64,000 nt of DNA, from the NCBI GenBank assembly GCA_977017645.1, contig OZ360245.1:28024001-28088000 (forward strand). Direction: 5' to 3'. Positions within the stretch are counted from its first letter, which is position 1, and every line of letters begins with the position of its first letter. Shown here piece after piece: positions 24,143 through 36,360 of this stretch. Source of the stretch: Torpedo marmorata (Eukaryota). Below the pieces are notes generated by a model. It saw only the letters and a list, made by a program, of their open reading frames with translations, was not told where the DNA came from and ran no database searches. The translations under genes and the position numbers were made by a program.

Positions 24143-24342
24143 ACGATTGGAACCGGGGTTCGAATCCCACGCTGTCTGTAAGGAGTTTGTACGTTCTCCC
24201 TATGTCTGCGTGAGTTTCCTCCGGGTGCTCTGGTTTCCTCCCACTGTTCAAAAATGTACCGGGGGTTGTAGGTCAATTGGGTGTATTTGGGCGGCACGGA
24301 CTCATGGGCTGAAAGGGCCTGTTACCGTGTTGTATGTCTTCC
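24143..24342 (+). mobile_element. tRNA-derived SINE, 5'-truncated
   Basis: B-box GGTTCGAATCCC, core and CR1-like tail. Confidence 0.85.
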
Positions 24343-25329
24343 AAAATATAATCTATTCCAGAAGAGTTCCCACAGCTAGGACATTAGCAAACATCACCCC
24401 AATATTTCGGAAGAGTGGGAGAGAAAAAAATGGAATTATAGACCAGTTAGAAAATATCAATTATAAGAAAAAGGAAGTTTATTATAAAGGAAATGGTAAA
24501 AGACCGAATATGTGTGTAATCAAAAGAGTTGATGGAACTAGCATGGTAAATCATGACAATTTATATTTCTAAATTTGATTGCAAAATAAATAACGTTTAC
24601 TCATGGCATGAGTATTGTACCTGAGACTAGTAATTCACAAAACAACCCCTTATTAAAGATATTGTTGCAACAGCATCCCAATTTAGAAGTGGAATTTTTA
24701 TTATATTATTTTCTTGTTGTCTTTTTATTATTTGCATATTTGTATTAATAAATTAAGACCAAATTAAGAAAACATTGATACAATATATTGATGTCAAATT
24801 TTGGGCAGCGCAGACATTTATTGCAGGAGAGTTTTCCTTCCGTGCCTGGCTGGATCTAGGATTGGTATTACATATTCAATAGAAGTTTTGAAGTAAATCA
24901 AAGCTGTCATCCCTACTGAAGCAATTCACTGTGTGTCCGTAAGCATGATGTTATCAGTGAATAAGATTAATGGAAATGTCAGATCAGAGATGAAACACTC
25001 GCCAGCAGGTCTTCCTCTTTATTTGAAATGTGAAGTTGAGAATACTTGCAGTCATCACATTGGAGAACTCATCTCCCTCTGTATGAACTGAGAAATATCT
25101 CCTGCCGTATGGACCATTAGAAATAGAGAATTAGAATGAATTCCCATCAATGTGATATATCTTGTATCATTTCCAATGTTGTCTCAGATAGTGGTTAGAT
25201 CAAGGATGACAGATGTGCATACACAGTGCAGTGTGAGTTTGTAAACTGCCACTTCAAACTTTGTCTTCACTTTCAGGATGTTTATTTCTGTCAATACCTT
25301 GTGCCAACTGAGCATGCTCAATGAATAAC

Positions 25330-25665
25330 TTATTGTCCTATTGTGAAAGGAAAGGTTTAGTAATCTGCAGATATTTCCGCTACTGGGAGTATCTTGAACA
25401 AGGGGAGATAGTTGGGGGCAGGCATTTTAAAACTGAAGTGCACAGGAATTGTTAATGCAGAGGGTGGTGAATCCCTGGATTGGAGAGTTGCAGCGGCTAG
25501 ATCATTGGGAATATTTATAGAGGAGTTAGATAGATGTTTGAAAGATCAGGGAATTGAGGGCTGTGGGGAACTGTCTTGAGGAGTGGAAGCCTGAGACAGG
25601 TCAACAATGATCTAATTGAATAGTAGGCCAGGTTGGCCTACTCCTGCTCCTATTTTTTGATGTTT
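25330..25665 (+). mobile_element. Old CR1 3' end
   Basis: CAGAGGGTGGTGAATCCCTGGA and GGCCTACTCCTGCTCCTAT tail motifs. Confidence 0.65.
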
Positions 25666-26561
25666 ATCCCTGTGCTCTTGTGGTCATATTGTTGTTTATG
25701 AACATGGCCCTAACACAGGTCCACCACCAGTCACATCTTGCTAATTTGAGGGTATGTCCATTATTTCCTATTCCCTGTTTCCTGCTCTTTGATTAGTTTC
25801 CTCACCAGGTCAATTTTTTTTCTTTTAATTCCACAATCTGTATCCTTACCTGCCATCTACTTCAGGGACTTCCATCAAATGCCTTTTGGAAATCCATTAG
25901 AATGGCATTAATGTATAGACTTGTGTCCACAATTTCAGTCTCTTTATCAAAAGGTTTCATTGACTTTGTTAGGCCTGACCTTATCTTTTCATTATAACAA
26001 CCCAGAAGGAAACGATTGGCCTATGCTGGCTCACACTCGATTAGTTTCAACGTTGACAGTGCTAGTGTTTCTGATGGACATAGAGCAATACACCTTTAAC
26101 TCTGGTACCAAATGGAAAATGGCTGAATTTTATTTTATTGTGTATTAATTTTGTTTTGCACCTTACTTTCAGCACCAAGCTCAGCACGAAAAATACAGAC
26201 AAGCAAACTGGAAATCACCAATATTTTCACACACAGATGCCTGGCCAACTGGGATGTATGTTCCTTGATAAAGAGAAAAAAAAATCAGGGCACCAATTGT
26301 ATGATTACAAGGTAAATGCAACCAATAGTCTGTATTCAAACTAATGGTTTGACTGGTGGTGGATCTATATTGGCTAGACAGTGCCTGGGTAGAGGACTAG
26401 GGATGACCATGTTAACTGATCTGAGGACAAAAGGATGCAGATTGTTCACTTTTCAACAAAGTCTTCTGATGGTGGCTTCTTAACCTGCATACTGTCAGGA
26501 AAGGGGAATTCTCATTTGTGGAGCTGCTAGAAAGCGTGGCTAATCTGTAAAGCATTGCAAT

Positions 26562-26682
26562 GGGCAGCACGGTTAGCGCAACACTGTTACAGCACCAACG
26601 ACCTGGGTTCGAATCCGGCACTGCCTGTAAGGAGTTTGTACATTCTCCCCATGTCTGCGTGAGTTTCCTTCGGGTGCTCCAA
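26562..26682 (+). mobile_element. SINE 5' half, followed by an old CR1 fragment (~26683-27325)
   Basis: GGGCAGCACGGTTAGCGC...GGGTTCGAATCC...GTAAGGAGTTTG. Confidence 0.8.
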
Positions 26683-29600
26683 TGGAATTATGGCCTTAAT
26701 TCCAAGGGGTCTTGAGTATAAATGTAGAGAAGATTTGATGCAACTTTACAGGATATAAGTGAATCTCACCTGGACTAATGTGGACATTTTTGGTCCCCAT
26801 ATTTAAGTAAGGGTATACTTGCATTGGATGCAGTGCTGAGAAGATTCACTAGGGTTGATTCCCAGAAAGTAGAAGTTGACAAATTAAGAGAAATTTAACA
26901 GCATTATGCTTAAGCTAACTGGAGTTTAAAACATAAAAAAGAGATTTTATTGAAATATAACCCCTGACTGTGACGGGGTGGATGGCGTTGTCTCCAGTCA
27001 TCTAGAACCAGAGGGGGCAATTTTTTCAGAATAAGTAAGGTGCCAATTTATGGCTGACATAAGGAGGATATTTTTTCACAAAGGTCATGAGATTTTATTA
27101 TTCTCTCTCCTTCTCCCCAAACCACTGACAAGCATGGAAGTAGAGTCATCATGTACTCAAGGTGGAGATTGAAAAGTATTTGAATTGCAATCAAGTCAAG
27201 GGGCCGTGGGGAGAGGGTGAGAATGAGGCGCTGAGGCTAAATTTGGATCAGTCATGATCTTATTGAATGGCAAAGCAGACTCAAGGTCCCAATAGGCCAA
27301 CTCCTGATCCTGTTTCTTGTGTTTCTGTATTCACAAGTCCTAAAGCAAGATCATGACTGAAGTGGGGACACAAGAGGCATCAGATGCTGGAATCTAGAGC
27401 AAAACAAACTGAGGGAAGATCTCAGCAGATCAGCAGCAACCATGGAGAGAAATGAACTAGATGATTCAGGTCAAAACTCTGCTTCACCACTGGGAAAGGA
27501 GAAAGAAGATGGACACCATTAAAGAGGAGTCCTTTGCACCTTTGAGAAGGACACATTGTGAGGAGGGTGAGAGAGAGAGAGGGAGAGAGAGAGATCATGT
27601 TCACAGAATAGTAAAGGTAGGGATGTGTAAAAAATAGTGTTGCAATTGAATATTGGAGAAGCAGTAACAATGGAGGAGCAACACCTAATATTCTGTTTTA
27701 GCACTCTCCAACCGGATGAAATTAGCATTGACTTCTCCGGTTTCTGCTAGACCACTCACCATTCTCCCTCTCCCTCTCTCCCTATCCCTTTTTTCTTCCC
27801 TCTCCATTCTTTTCAGTATTTTTATTAGATTTTTATATAAGAATACATACCAAAAAAAAAGAATGATGCATAACAATGATACAACTGTAACAAAGTAAGC
27901 AAACTCACTATTACAGAATTTTTTTACATTATGCTACACTATTAATTCAAAGATAAAGTAGAAAACAGAAGAAAAAAAAAACCAAAAATAATAAAAATAA
28001 TTTTATAATCCAAACCCCAAACCATTCCAAAGTTGCATGGCTAATATCAAGTAAAAAATAAAAATAAATGCAAATCCACGAGAATCACAGATTAAAGGTT
28101 ATGAAAATAATTCAAAAAGGAGCCCCAAAGATTTGAAAAATTTAAATTTAAAACATTTGTTGAACATGTAATTTTCTCCAGTTAGGTATGACATCAAATC
28201 ATGTAACCATTGATTATGAGTGGGCGGGGAAGCATCTTTCCATCTGATCAAAATAACACGTCTTGCAATAAGAGAGGCAAAGGCTGGTACATGACATTGA
28301 GTTGAAGACAATTTCACTACCTTCTGTTCAACCATCCCAAACAAGGCTATTAAAGGATCTCGTGTTAGGTTTACATTAATAATTATTGATAAAGTACAGA
28401 AGACCTCTTCCCAATATTTGACAAGGGTCGAACAAGACCAGAACATATGAATTAGTGAACCGTCCTCATTCCTGCATCTGTCACAATAAGAGCTAATATT
28501 AGGATTATTATGAGCTAATTTAACTTTTGACATATAAGCTCTATGCACAACTTTAAATTGTAGTAATGAATGACGGGCACATAAAGATGATGTGTTAACC
28601 AATTTAAAAATAGAGTTCCAAGAATCTTCAGAAATTGAAATATGGAGATCCTGCTCCCATGTCTTTTTAATTTTATCCAATGAAGCCTGTCTTGATTTTA
28701 GCAAAGCATCATAAATGGTTGTAGATTGTAAATTGTCTCCACCAAATTCATAACAGGAGCCTGAAAAAGGTTTGACAGTTGAGAATGGAGAAAGTCCCTA
28801 ATGAAGAAAGTCCCTAATCTGCAAGTACCTAAAAAAATTTGGTAGGGAGTTGTTCAAATGTAGAAAGATTATTATCAATAAATAAATCATAAAAACATTT
28901 AATATCTAATCTGGACCATTCCTGAAAGGCAGAGTCCATCAAAGAAGGTTGAAAAAAGTAATTTGATAAGTTAGGACTAAAAAGAAGAAACTTATGGAGT
29001 CCAAAATGTTTTCTAAACTGGAACCAAATCCTAATCGTGTGTTTGACCACTAGAGTATCAATCTTTTTACCAATAGGAAAAGGCAAACAAACTCCAAGTA
29101 TTGAAACAATAGAAAATTTCTGAGTCGAATTCAATTCCAAGTTAACCCAAGCTGGGCCACCCATTTTATTATCATAATATAACCAAAATATAATGTAGTG
29201 AATATTAACAGCCCAATAATAAAATCTAAGATTAGGTAGAGCCAAACCTCCATTCTTTTTGAGATTTTGGAGATAAACTTTACTTAAACGAGGACATTTA
29301 TTTTTTCCAAATATATGATGATATAATAGAATCAAGTGAGTCAAAAAAAGATTTAGGAACAAAAATTGGAATAGTTTGAAAAATATATAAAAATTTGGGT
29401 AAAATATTCAACTTAAGAACATTAATTCGTCTGATTAGGGACAACGAAAGAGGAGCCGACTGAGATAAAGATTTCTTCACCTGATTTAACAGAGATTTTT
29501 TTTCCTTAAACAAAGGGATTGTGATTCTTAGTAATTGTTACACCAAGGTATGTAAATTGACTTTTAGCAATCTTAAAAGGAAAAACAGCGTGAAGGGTCA

Positions 29601-29877
29601 GAAGTGTTCAAAAAAAATAGTTCACTCTTTTGTAAATTTAATTTGTATCCTGAAAGTTGACCATATTGATGGAGTAATGTCAGTATAGCAGGAAATGAAG
29701 AGTAAGGATCAGATACAAAAATCAAAAAGGGAAACTTTATGGATCGAACCTCCCCTAGAAATTCCAAAAATATCCTGAGATTCTCTAAAGGCCATAGCCA
29801 AAGGTTCTAAAGCCAAATTAAACAACACGGTCCCATGAGAAAGTTTAAAAGGTTTAGATTGCAAAGAATTGGTAAAA

Positions 29878-31101
29878 GATGAGGTTACTAAGAAGGTTGA
29901 CGAGGGGAAGGCTGTGGATGTTGTCTATATGACTTTAGTAAGGCATTTGACAAGGTTCCGCATAAGAGGCTAGTTAGGAAGGTTATTAACGACGAAGTAG
30001 TGAAATGGATTCAACAATGGTTGGATAGAAGATGCCAGAGAGTAGTGGTGGAAAATTGTTTGTCAAATTGGAGGCCGGTGACTAGTGGAGTGCCTCAGGG
30101 ATCGGTTCTGGGTCCATTGTTGTTTGTCATATATATTAATGATCTAGATGATAGGGTGGTAAATTGGATTAGTAAGTATGCAGATGATACGAAGATTGGT
30201 GGTGTTGTGGACAGTGAAGAGGTATATAAAAGCTTGCAGGGGGATATAGGACAGTTAGAAGAGTGGGCAGAAACATGGCAGATGGAATTTAAAACTGATA
30301 AATGTGAGGTGCTACATTTTGGTAGGACTAATCAGCAAAGGTCATACATGTTAAATGGAAGACAATTGAGAAGTGCAGTAGAACAGAGGGATTTAGGAAT
30401 TCTGGTACATAATTCCCTGAAAGTTGAGTCACACGTAGATAGGGTGGTGAAGAAAGCATTTGGTATGTTGGCCTTCATAAATCAGAGTATTGAATACAGG
30501 AGTTGGGATGTCATGTTGAAGTTGTATAAGGCATTGGTGAGGCCAAATTTGGAATATTGTGCGCAGCTTTGGTCGCCGAATTATAGGAAGGATATAAACA
30601 GAATAGAGAAAGTGCAGAGGAGATTTACAAGAATGTTGCCTGGGTTTCTGGGTTTGAGTTACAGGGAAAAGTTGAACAGGCTGGGACTTTATTCCCTGGA
30701 GCGTAGAAGGTTGAGGGGTGATTTGATAGAGGTATTTAAAATTATGAAGGAGACAGATAAAGTCAATGTGGACAGGCTTTTTCCATTGAGAGTGGGGAAG
30801 ATTCAAACAAGAGGGCATGGATTGAGATTGAAGGGGGAAAAGCTTAGAGGAAACATGAGGGGGAATTTCTTCACTCAGAGGGTGGTGGGAGGGTGGAACG
30901 AGCTTCTGGCCGAAGTGGTAGATGCAGGTTCAATTTTAATGTTTAAGGAAAGGTTGGATAGGTATATGAACGAGAGAGGTGTGGAGGGTTATGGGCCGGG
31001 TGCGGGTCAGTGGGACTAGGTGGGAGAATGTGTTCGGCATGGACTAGAAGGGCCGAACTGGCCTGTTACTTTGCTGTAAATGTTATATGGTTATATGGTT
31101 A
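29878..31101 (+). mobile_element. Young CR1 LINE, 5'-truncated, nested in L1 ORF2
   Basis: Open 339-aa ORF with SGVPQGSVLGP and KYADDTK; tail (GTTATATG)n; the L1 sequence resumes on both sides. Confidence 0.93.
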
Positions 31102-32911
31102 TAATGGAAGCAACAGGGGATAAGTATAATAACTTAATCCACAAAATAAATGTGGGGCCAAAATTAAACCTTTCTAATATTGCAAATAAATATTCCCATT
31201 CAACGCTGTCAAAGGCCTTTTCAGCATCTAAAGAAATAACACATTCCGACGAAGAAACGGGAGGGGAATAAATAATATTCAATAAACGGCGAATATTAAA
31301 ATGTGAATAATGGTTTTTAATAAAACCCATCTGGTCCTCAGAAATAATAAGAGGCAAAATATTTTCCAATCTACTGGCCATGATTTTAGATAAAATTTTA
31401 ACATCGACATTTAAGAGAGAAATTGGCCTGTAGGAGGCGCAAGCCGACAAATCTTTATTCTTTTTTGGGATAAGAGAGATCGTTGCATCGTAAAAAGTAG
31501 TTGGCAAATTCCCAGATTTAAAAGAGTCAGACAATACTAAGCATAAATAGGGTACCAAGAAGTGGGAAAAAGTTTTATAGAACTCAAAAGGAAAGCCATC
31601 AGGGCCTGGTGCTTTGCCAGAATGTAACGATTTAATAACCATTGTTAGCTCTTCCTGTGAAATAGTTTTTTTTAACTTCGATTGTGTAGCTAAAGAAAGA
31701 GTGGGTATTGTCAAACTGTCCAGAAAATTTGTCATAGGAGTTCGATCAATAGGAAAGTCAGATTTATAAATATTGGAATAATAATGTCTAAACGTATCAT
31801 TAATTTCTGCATGGTCAGTGGTAATACTACCATCCTCTTTGTGAATCTCCGTAATAAGACGTTTAGCAGCTAAACCTTTTAACTGATTTGCCAAGAGTTT
31901 ACCCGGCTTATCACCGTGAATGTAAAATTGACTCTTGCTTTTCAAAAGCTGTGTTTCAATAGGATGAGTCAAAAGCAAGTCATATTTAGTTTTAAGCTCA
32001 AGCCATTTTTAAAATATCTCAGGTTTCGAAGTAAGGGCATATTGTTGGTCTAAAAGCTTTATTTGATTGGTGAGTGCAATCCTTTCGCAATTAGCCTCTT
32101 TTTTCATTTTTGCCATATACGAGATAATTTGTCCTCTAATATAAGCCTTAAAAGAATCCCAGACATTTAAGCTAGAAACCTCCGAAGAGGAATTGATCTA
32201 AAAAAAAAAAATCTGTTCCTTCATAAATTTCAAAAAGTCTGGATCGGATAGCAAAATAGAATTAAAACGTCAATATCTGACAGATTGAGGTAAATCAGGA
32301 AAGCTCAATGATAAGACCACCAGAGCATGGTCTGAAATTACAATAGATTCATGTTTACAAGCACAGATTAACGGAATCAATTGTTTATCAGTAAAAAAAT
32401 AATAAATCCGTGAATACGTATGATGAACATTAGAGAAAAAGGTGTATTCCTTATCATTGGAATGGAGAAAATGCCATATATCTACAATGCCACACTTTAG
32501 CAGAAAAGAGTGAATGAATAAAGCTGACTTATTTAATGTAGCTATTTTGGATGACAAACGATCCATAACAAGATCTAACCAGCAATTAAAGTCTCCACCC
32601 ATTAACAAAGAATATAAATTTAAGTCTGGTAAGGAAGAAAAGAAACGTTCAAAAAAATCCAGATCTTCAACATTAGGACCATAAACATTAGCGAAGGCAA
32701 TCATTCTATTATATAGTTTCCCATAAACAATGAGAAAACGACCATTAGAATCAGAAACAACATTATGCTGAACAAATGGAATAGATTGAAATCGAATGGT
32801 CAATTAAAATTGAAACTCCTCTGGCCTTGGCCATGAAAGATGTGTGAAAGTGCTACCCCATCCAGCATCGAAAAAGATGCAAAGTGTCATTCAAACAGAT
32901 ATACGTTTCTT

Positions 32912-33061
32912 TTTTTAAAAAAATATTTTATTTAAAATTTTTAAATCACACAATACATAATATAAAATACAAAATTATCAAAATACATGTGATACATTTT
33001 CACCCCCCACCCTCCCTCCCCACCGGAACCCTCCCACCTCTACTAATCTACTAAAATAGAA

Positions 33062-33097
<36 letters not shown>

Positions 33098-33749
33098 AAA
33101 AGATAAAGTAAGGAGAATGTCAAATCTAAAAAAGAACAACTATAAACTAATTTTATTGTGGAGGATAGGTTCACCAGTCAGAACTGATATCCAGAGGTCT
33201 TCAAATCCTTAAACCAACAGTTTTTATATATGGGCTCCATATTTTCAAAAAGAAATGATATTTATTACGTAAATTATAAGTAATTTTTTCAAGTGGTATA
33301 CATGAACGAAGTTCCGCATGCCATCTTTCTAACCCTAAATCTACATCAGATTTCCATGTAATAGCAATGCATTTCTTAGAAACAGCTAAAGCAATTCGCA
33401 AAAATTCTATTTGATACATATTTAATTTCATCTTAATACTAATTCTTTTAATATCGCCAAACAAAAATATCATAGGGTCCAATGGGAGTGTAATTCTTAA
33501 TACTTTATCTAAAAAAAATTTAACTTTCAACCAAAAATCATATATCTTTGGACAAAGCCATGTAGAATGTACAAAAGAACCTTCCTCTTTATTACATCTA
33601 AAACATAAACCAGATAATGTCGGATTAAATTTCTTTAATTTTTTAGGTGTTAAATATAATTGATGAAAAAATTATATTGCACTAGTCTATATCTAACATT
33701 AATAATCTTCGTCATACTTAGTTTACATAATTTTTTCCAATGTTCTTCG
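32912..33749 (-). mobile_element. Second L1 family, 3' fragment nested in the first L1
   Basis: 15-bp TSD AGATAT(A/G)CGTTTCTT at 32897-32911 and 33750-33764; ORF C-terminus CIPLEKITYNLRNK; same family as 42114-44496. Confidence 0.92.
33058..33100 (+). repeat. (AAAG)n microsatellite in an L1 3'UTR
   Basis: About 10 direct units visible. Confidence 0.95.
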
Positions 33750-34475
33750 AGATATGCGTTTCTTGTAAAAATATACTATCAGCTTTGAACTTTTTAATGT
33801 GCATAAATATTTTCTTACGTTTGACAGGATGATTTAACCCATGAACATTCCAACTCACTACATTATTGACTTTATGCATATTAACTAAATTAAAAGCAGG
33901 AGTACTTGAAAATAAAATTCATAAAAAATCCAATTAAATTGATTTAGCCGTGAGACTGGAAAAACTCGACAAAAGAAGAAATATATACAACCATGAATCA
34001 CCATAGCAACTTCGAAAAAGAATCCTAGACCAAATTCACCCTCCCCCCACCCCCCAAAACTATTCCAAGAGATAGCAAGCTAAATCCCAAACTACCCATC
34101 CCCCCAAATTCTTCCTTGAAGGCAACACTCCTTATCTGAATGTAAACTTCATTAAAACTTCCAAACTCATCTAGACTTGTTATGACTAATGCCGAAATAG
34201 CAAGGTCAGATTTTGACAGCACAAAAGAAAATGGCCATTAGAAAAGTTATATGCAGAATTATATACTGAATTATCATCTTAAAAATTTAATGTAACAGGC
34301 CAATTAAGTTTAAAATATTTTAAAATATCTTAAAAAAACAAGGCAAAGTAGTGGATAATAATAAAAAAAAATTAAGCTCACATAAGAATATCATACTTTA
34401 ACTCAAAGAAAAATCCAAAAAAAACCTTATACAAAGAGCAATGTCAGAAAAAAAAAATTGGGACATCCTTAATAC

Positions 34476-34643
34476 CAGTGGCGCAGTGTTGTCGAAGCTC
34501 ACCAGAGTGCTGCTCTGGCACCTCAGGGGGCAGCTCTGGCACCCCGCGGGGCGGCTCCGGACACCTCATGGAGCGGCTCCAGCACTTCCCTGATGCCATT
34601 TTTGCTGAGCTCCGGCACCTAAAAAATTAGCACTGCACCCCTG
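34476..34643. mobile_element. 168-bp GC-rich hAT MITE in the L1 inter-ORF spacer
   Basis: TIRs CAGTGGCGCAGTG / CACTGCACCCCTG; 8-bp TSD CTTAATAC (34468-34475) / CTTATTAC (34644-34651); internal GCTC(C/T)GGCACC repeats. Confidence 0.85.
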
Positions 34644-34743
34644 CTTATTACTCATACAAATATATGTAAGCGCAGTAACCTTTAGCAATCTAACTCTCAT
34701 ACATCTTGTGAGTTCAAATGAAAGTATAGGAACAAAGAAAGCA

Positions 34744-35565
34744 TTACTGATTCACAGAAGTAGAAGTGGAAGGGAGTTCATCGAGAATTTTCTGAACATC
34801 CATTGGCGAAAGCAGCCAATGTTTCGAATTGTTCGGGAGCATAATCCGAAGATGAGCCGGAAAAAGAAGGGAGGGTTTGAAACCTCCCTTATACAACCTG
34901 GACATAACTTATTTATATTCGATACGTTCTTTTATCACCTCCATGGGATAGTCTTCAACAATTCTGATTTTCTGCTGACGATATGTCAACATCCCCCTTC
35001 GGCGAGATTCACGTATTAGTAAGTCTTTTACTTGGAAATGATGTAAACGTAGAATCACCGACCGGGGTTTATTCCCAGAGGAAGGCTTAGGAGCCAGCCA
35101 TCTATGGGCTCTGTTAAGTTCAGGCAAAGTAGGTAGCAACGTTTCACCAAACATTTCCCGAAGTAATTCTGCAAAACATTTAGTAAGTTGGCCAGATTCT
35201 GTTTCCTCTTTCAGACCAAGATTTCTCAGATTATTTTATCTGCTTCTTGCTTCTAAATCAGCCACCTTCTTCAGTAGGTAGTCATTTGATTTGCTTAATC
35301 GAGTATTAGCTGCATGTATATCATCCAGCTGATATTCTACAAATTCCAGTGACTGTTCGAGGAATTTAATCTGTTCTTCATGGTCTTCGGTTAACTTGCG
35401 AATTTCATCCAACTTCACGTCAGTTTGATTAATAGTAGTTTTAATATCTTTAACGTCATTCTTCAGCTCCTTTATGTGTTCCATCAAAGTAGCCAATGGA
35501 TCTTCAAACAAAGGGTTTTCCTCTTCTTTCCTCCCAACCTTAGCGCTTCATGTCGTGGTCATCAT
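34744..35565 (-). pseudogene. L1 ORF1 (coiled-coil plus RRM, Transposase_22-like), disrupted
   Basis: Coiled-coil ...KVADLEARSR and LNRAHRWL...KPRSVILRLHHFQVKD; early TGA stop and further disruptions. Confidence 0.85.
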
Positions 35566-35850
35566 TAAATAGAAAAATACCAGAAGAAGAAAAATTCTTT
35601 CGAAATAAGGATGTAAGAAGTGGAAGGTAATTAAGAAATTAGGAGCAACTGCAGTTAGCTGCTACTCCATCGGTCACCAACAGGAAGTCGGTTCCCTCTC
35701 CTTTCACAGAGCCATCACTCCTCCCCCTGTTTTCTCTTGTGCCCTCCCTCCCTTATCCACCTTTTACCTCTTGCCTGTGGGCCTGTGCTCCTCCTCCTGC
35801 CCTCCCCCACCCCCCCACCATTTTATTATGGCACCTTCCTACATTTTGCT

Positions 35851-35891
35851 CATACTTTGATGAAGGGCTCAGGCCCGAAACGTTGGTTATG
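35851..35891 (+). ncRNA. Minimal type I hammerhead-like motif in a Penelope pLTR
   Basis: Core UUGAUGA-A, stem II GGGC/UCAG/GCCC, GAAA-CGUU, stem I CAUAC...GUUAUG; activity untested. Confidence 0.7.
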
Positions 35892-36169
35892 TATTTTTTT
35901 ATCTTTGCTATATAAAGGACACTGTTTGACCTGCTGAGTTTCTCCAGCATTGTGTTTTTACTTCAACCACGGTGTCTGCAGACTTTCGTGTTTTACTTTA
36001 AGCAGTAACAACTAATCAGTTAGCAATTTCACAGAAGTTGCTGCAGGTGTAAGGCATTGAATGTGGTCAGAAATACACAGATAAACTGAAGCAACAGCTT
36101 TGCTTTTGGTTCGCTCTGTGTGTGGAACTGCCAGACTGAAGTGCAACAGTTTATCATTGTGACAACAGC

Positions 36170-36360
36170 AAAATACTCCAGGTCATGGGAATCTCAAATA
36201 AAAACACAAACTCCTAAAAACACTCAGCAGGTCAGACAGCATCTCTAATAAGAATGAGAGAGGTTGACTGAATTAGCATCTCATCAATCTGAAATATTTA
36301 ATTGCCTCTCCACAGATGCTGATTGACCTGCTGAGCATTCCCAGAATTTTCTGTTTTTGG
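36170..36360. mobile_element. Old Penelope pLTR fold-back
   Basis: CTCAGCAGGTCAGACAGCATCT and AGATGCTGATTGACCTGCTGAG form inverted arms. Confidence 0.6.

Larger units (their letters stand above)
28099..33879 (-). pseudogene. L1 ORF2 (APE endonuclease and RT), disrupted and split by insertions
   Basis: N-terminus SWNVHGLN...FLQETH at ~33860-33750; GGDFNC, SDH, GKAPGPDGF, SLDAEKAFD; C-terminal CxxC...HMFWSC. Confidence 0.9.
27810..35691 (-). mobile_element. Apparently full-length but decayed L1-clade LINE (5'UTR, ORF1, spacer, ORF2, 3'UTR)
   Basis: 14-bp TSD TTCCCTCTCC(A/T)TTC at 27796-27809 and 35692-35705; 5' end CCGACTTCCTGTT; ORF1 and ORF2 fragments in order. Confidence 0.92.
27671..35999 (+). 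mobile_element. Penelope 3' fragment (27671-27809 and 35692-35999), split by an L1
   Basis: EEQHLIF...IDFSGFC* followed by the pLTR; 12-bp TSD AAGCAGTAACAA at 27659-27670 and 36000-36011; the junction matches the intact copy at ~62250. Confidence 0.85.
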
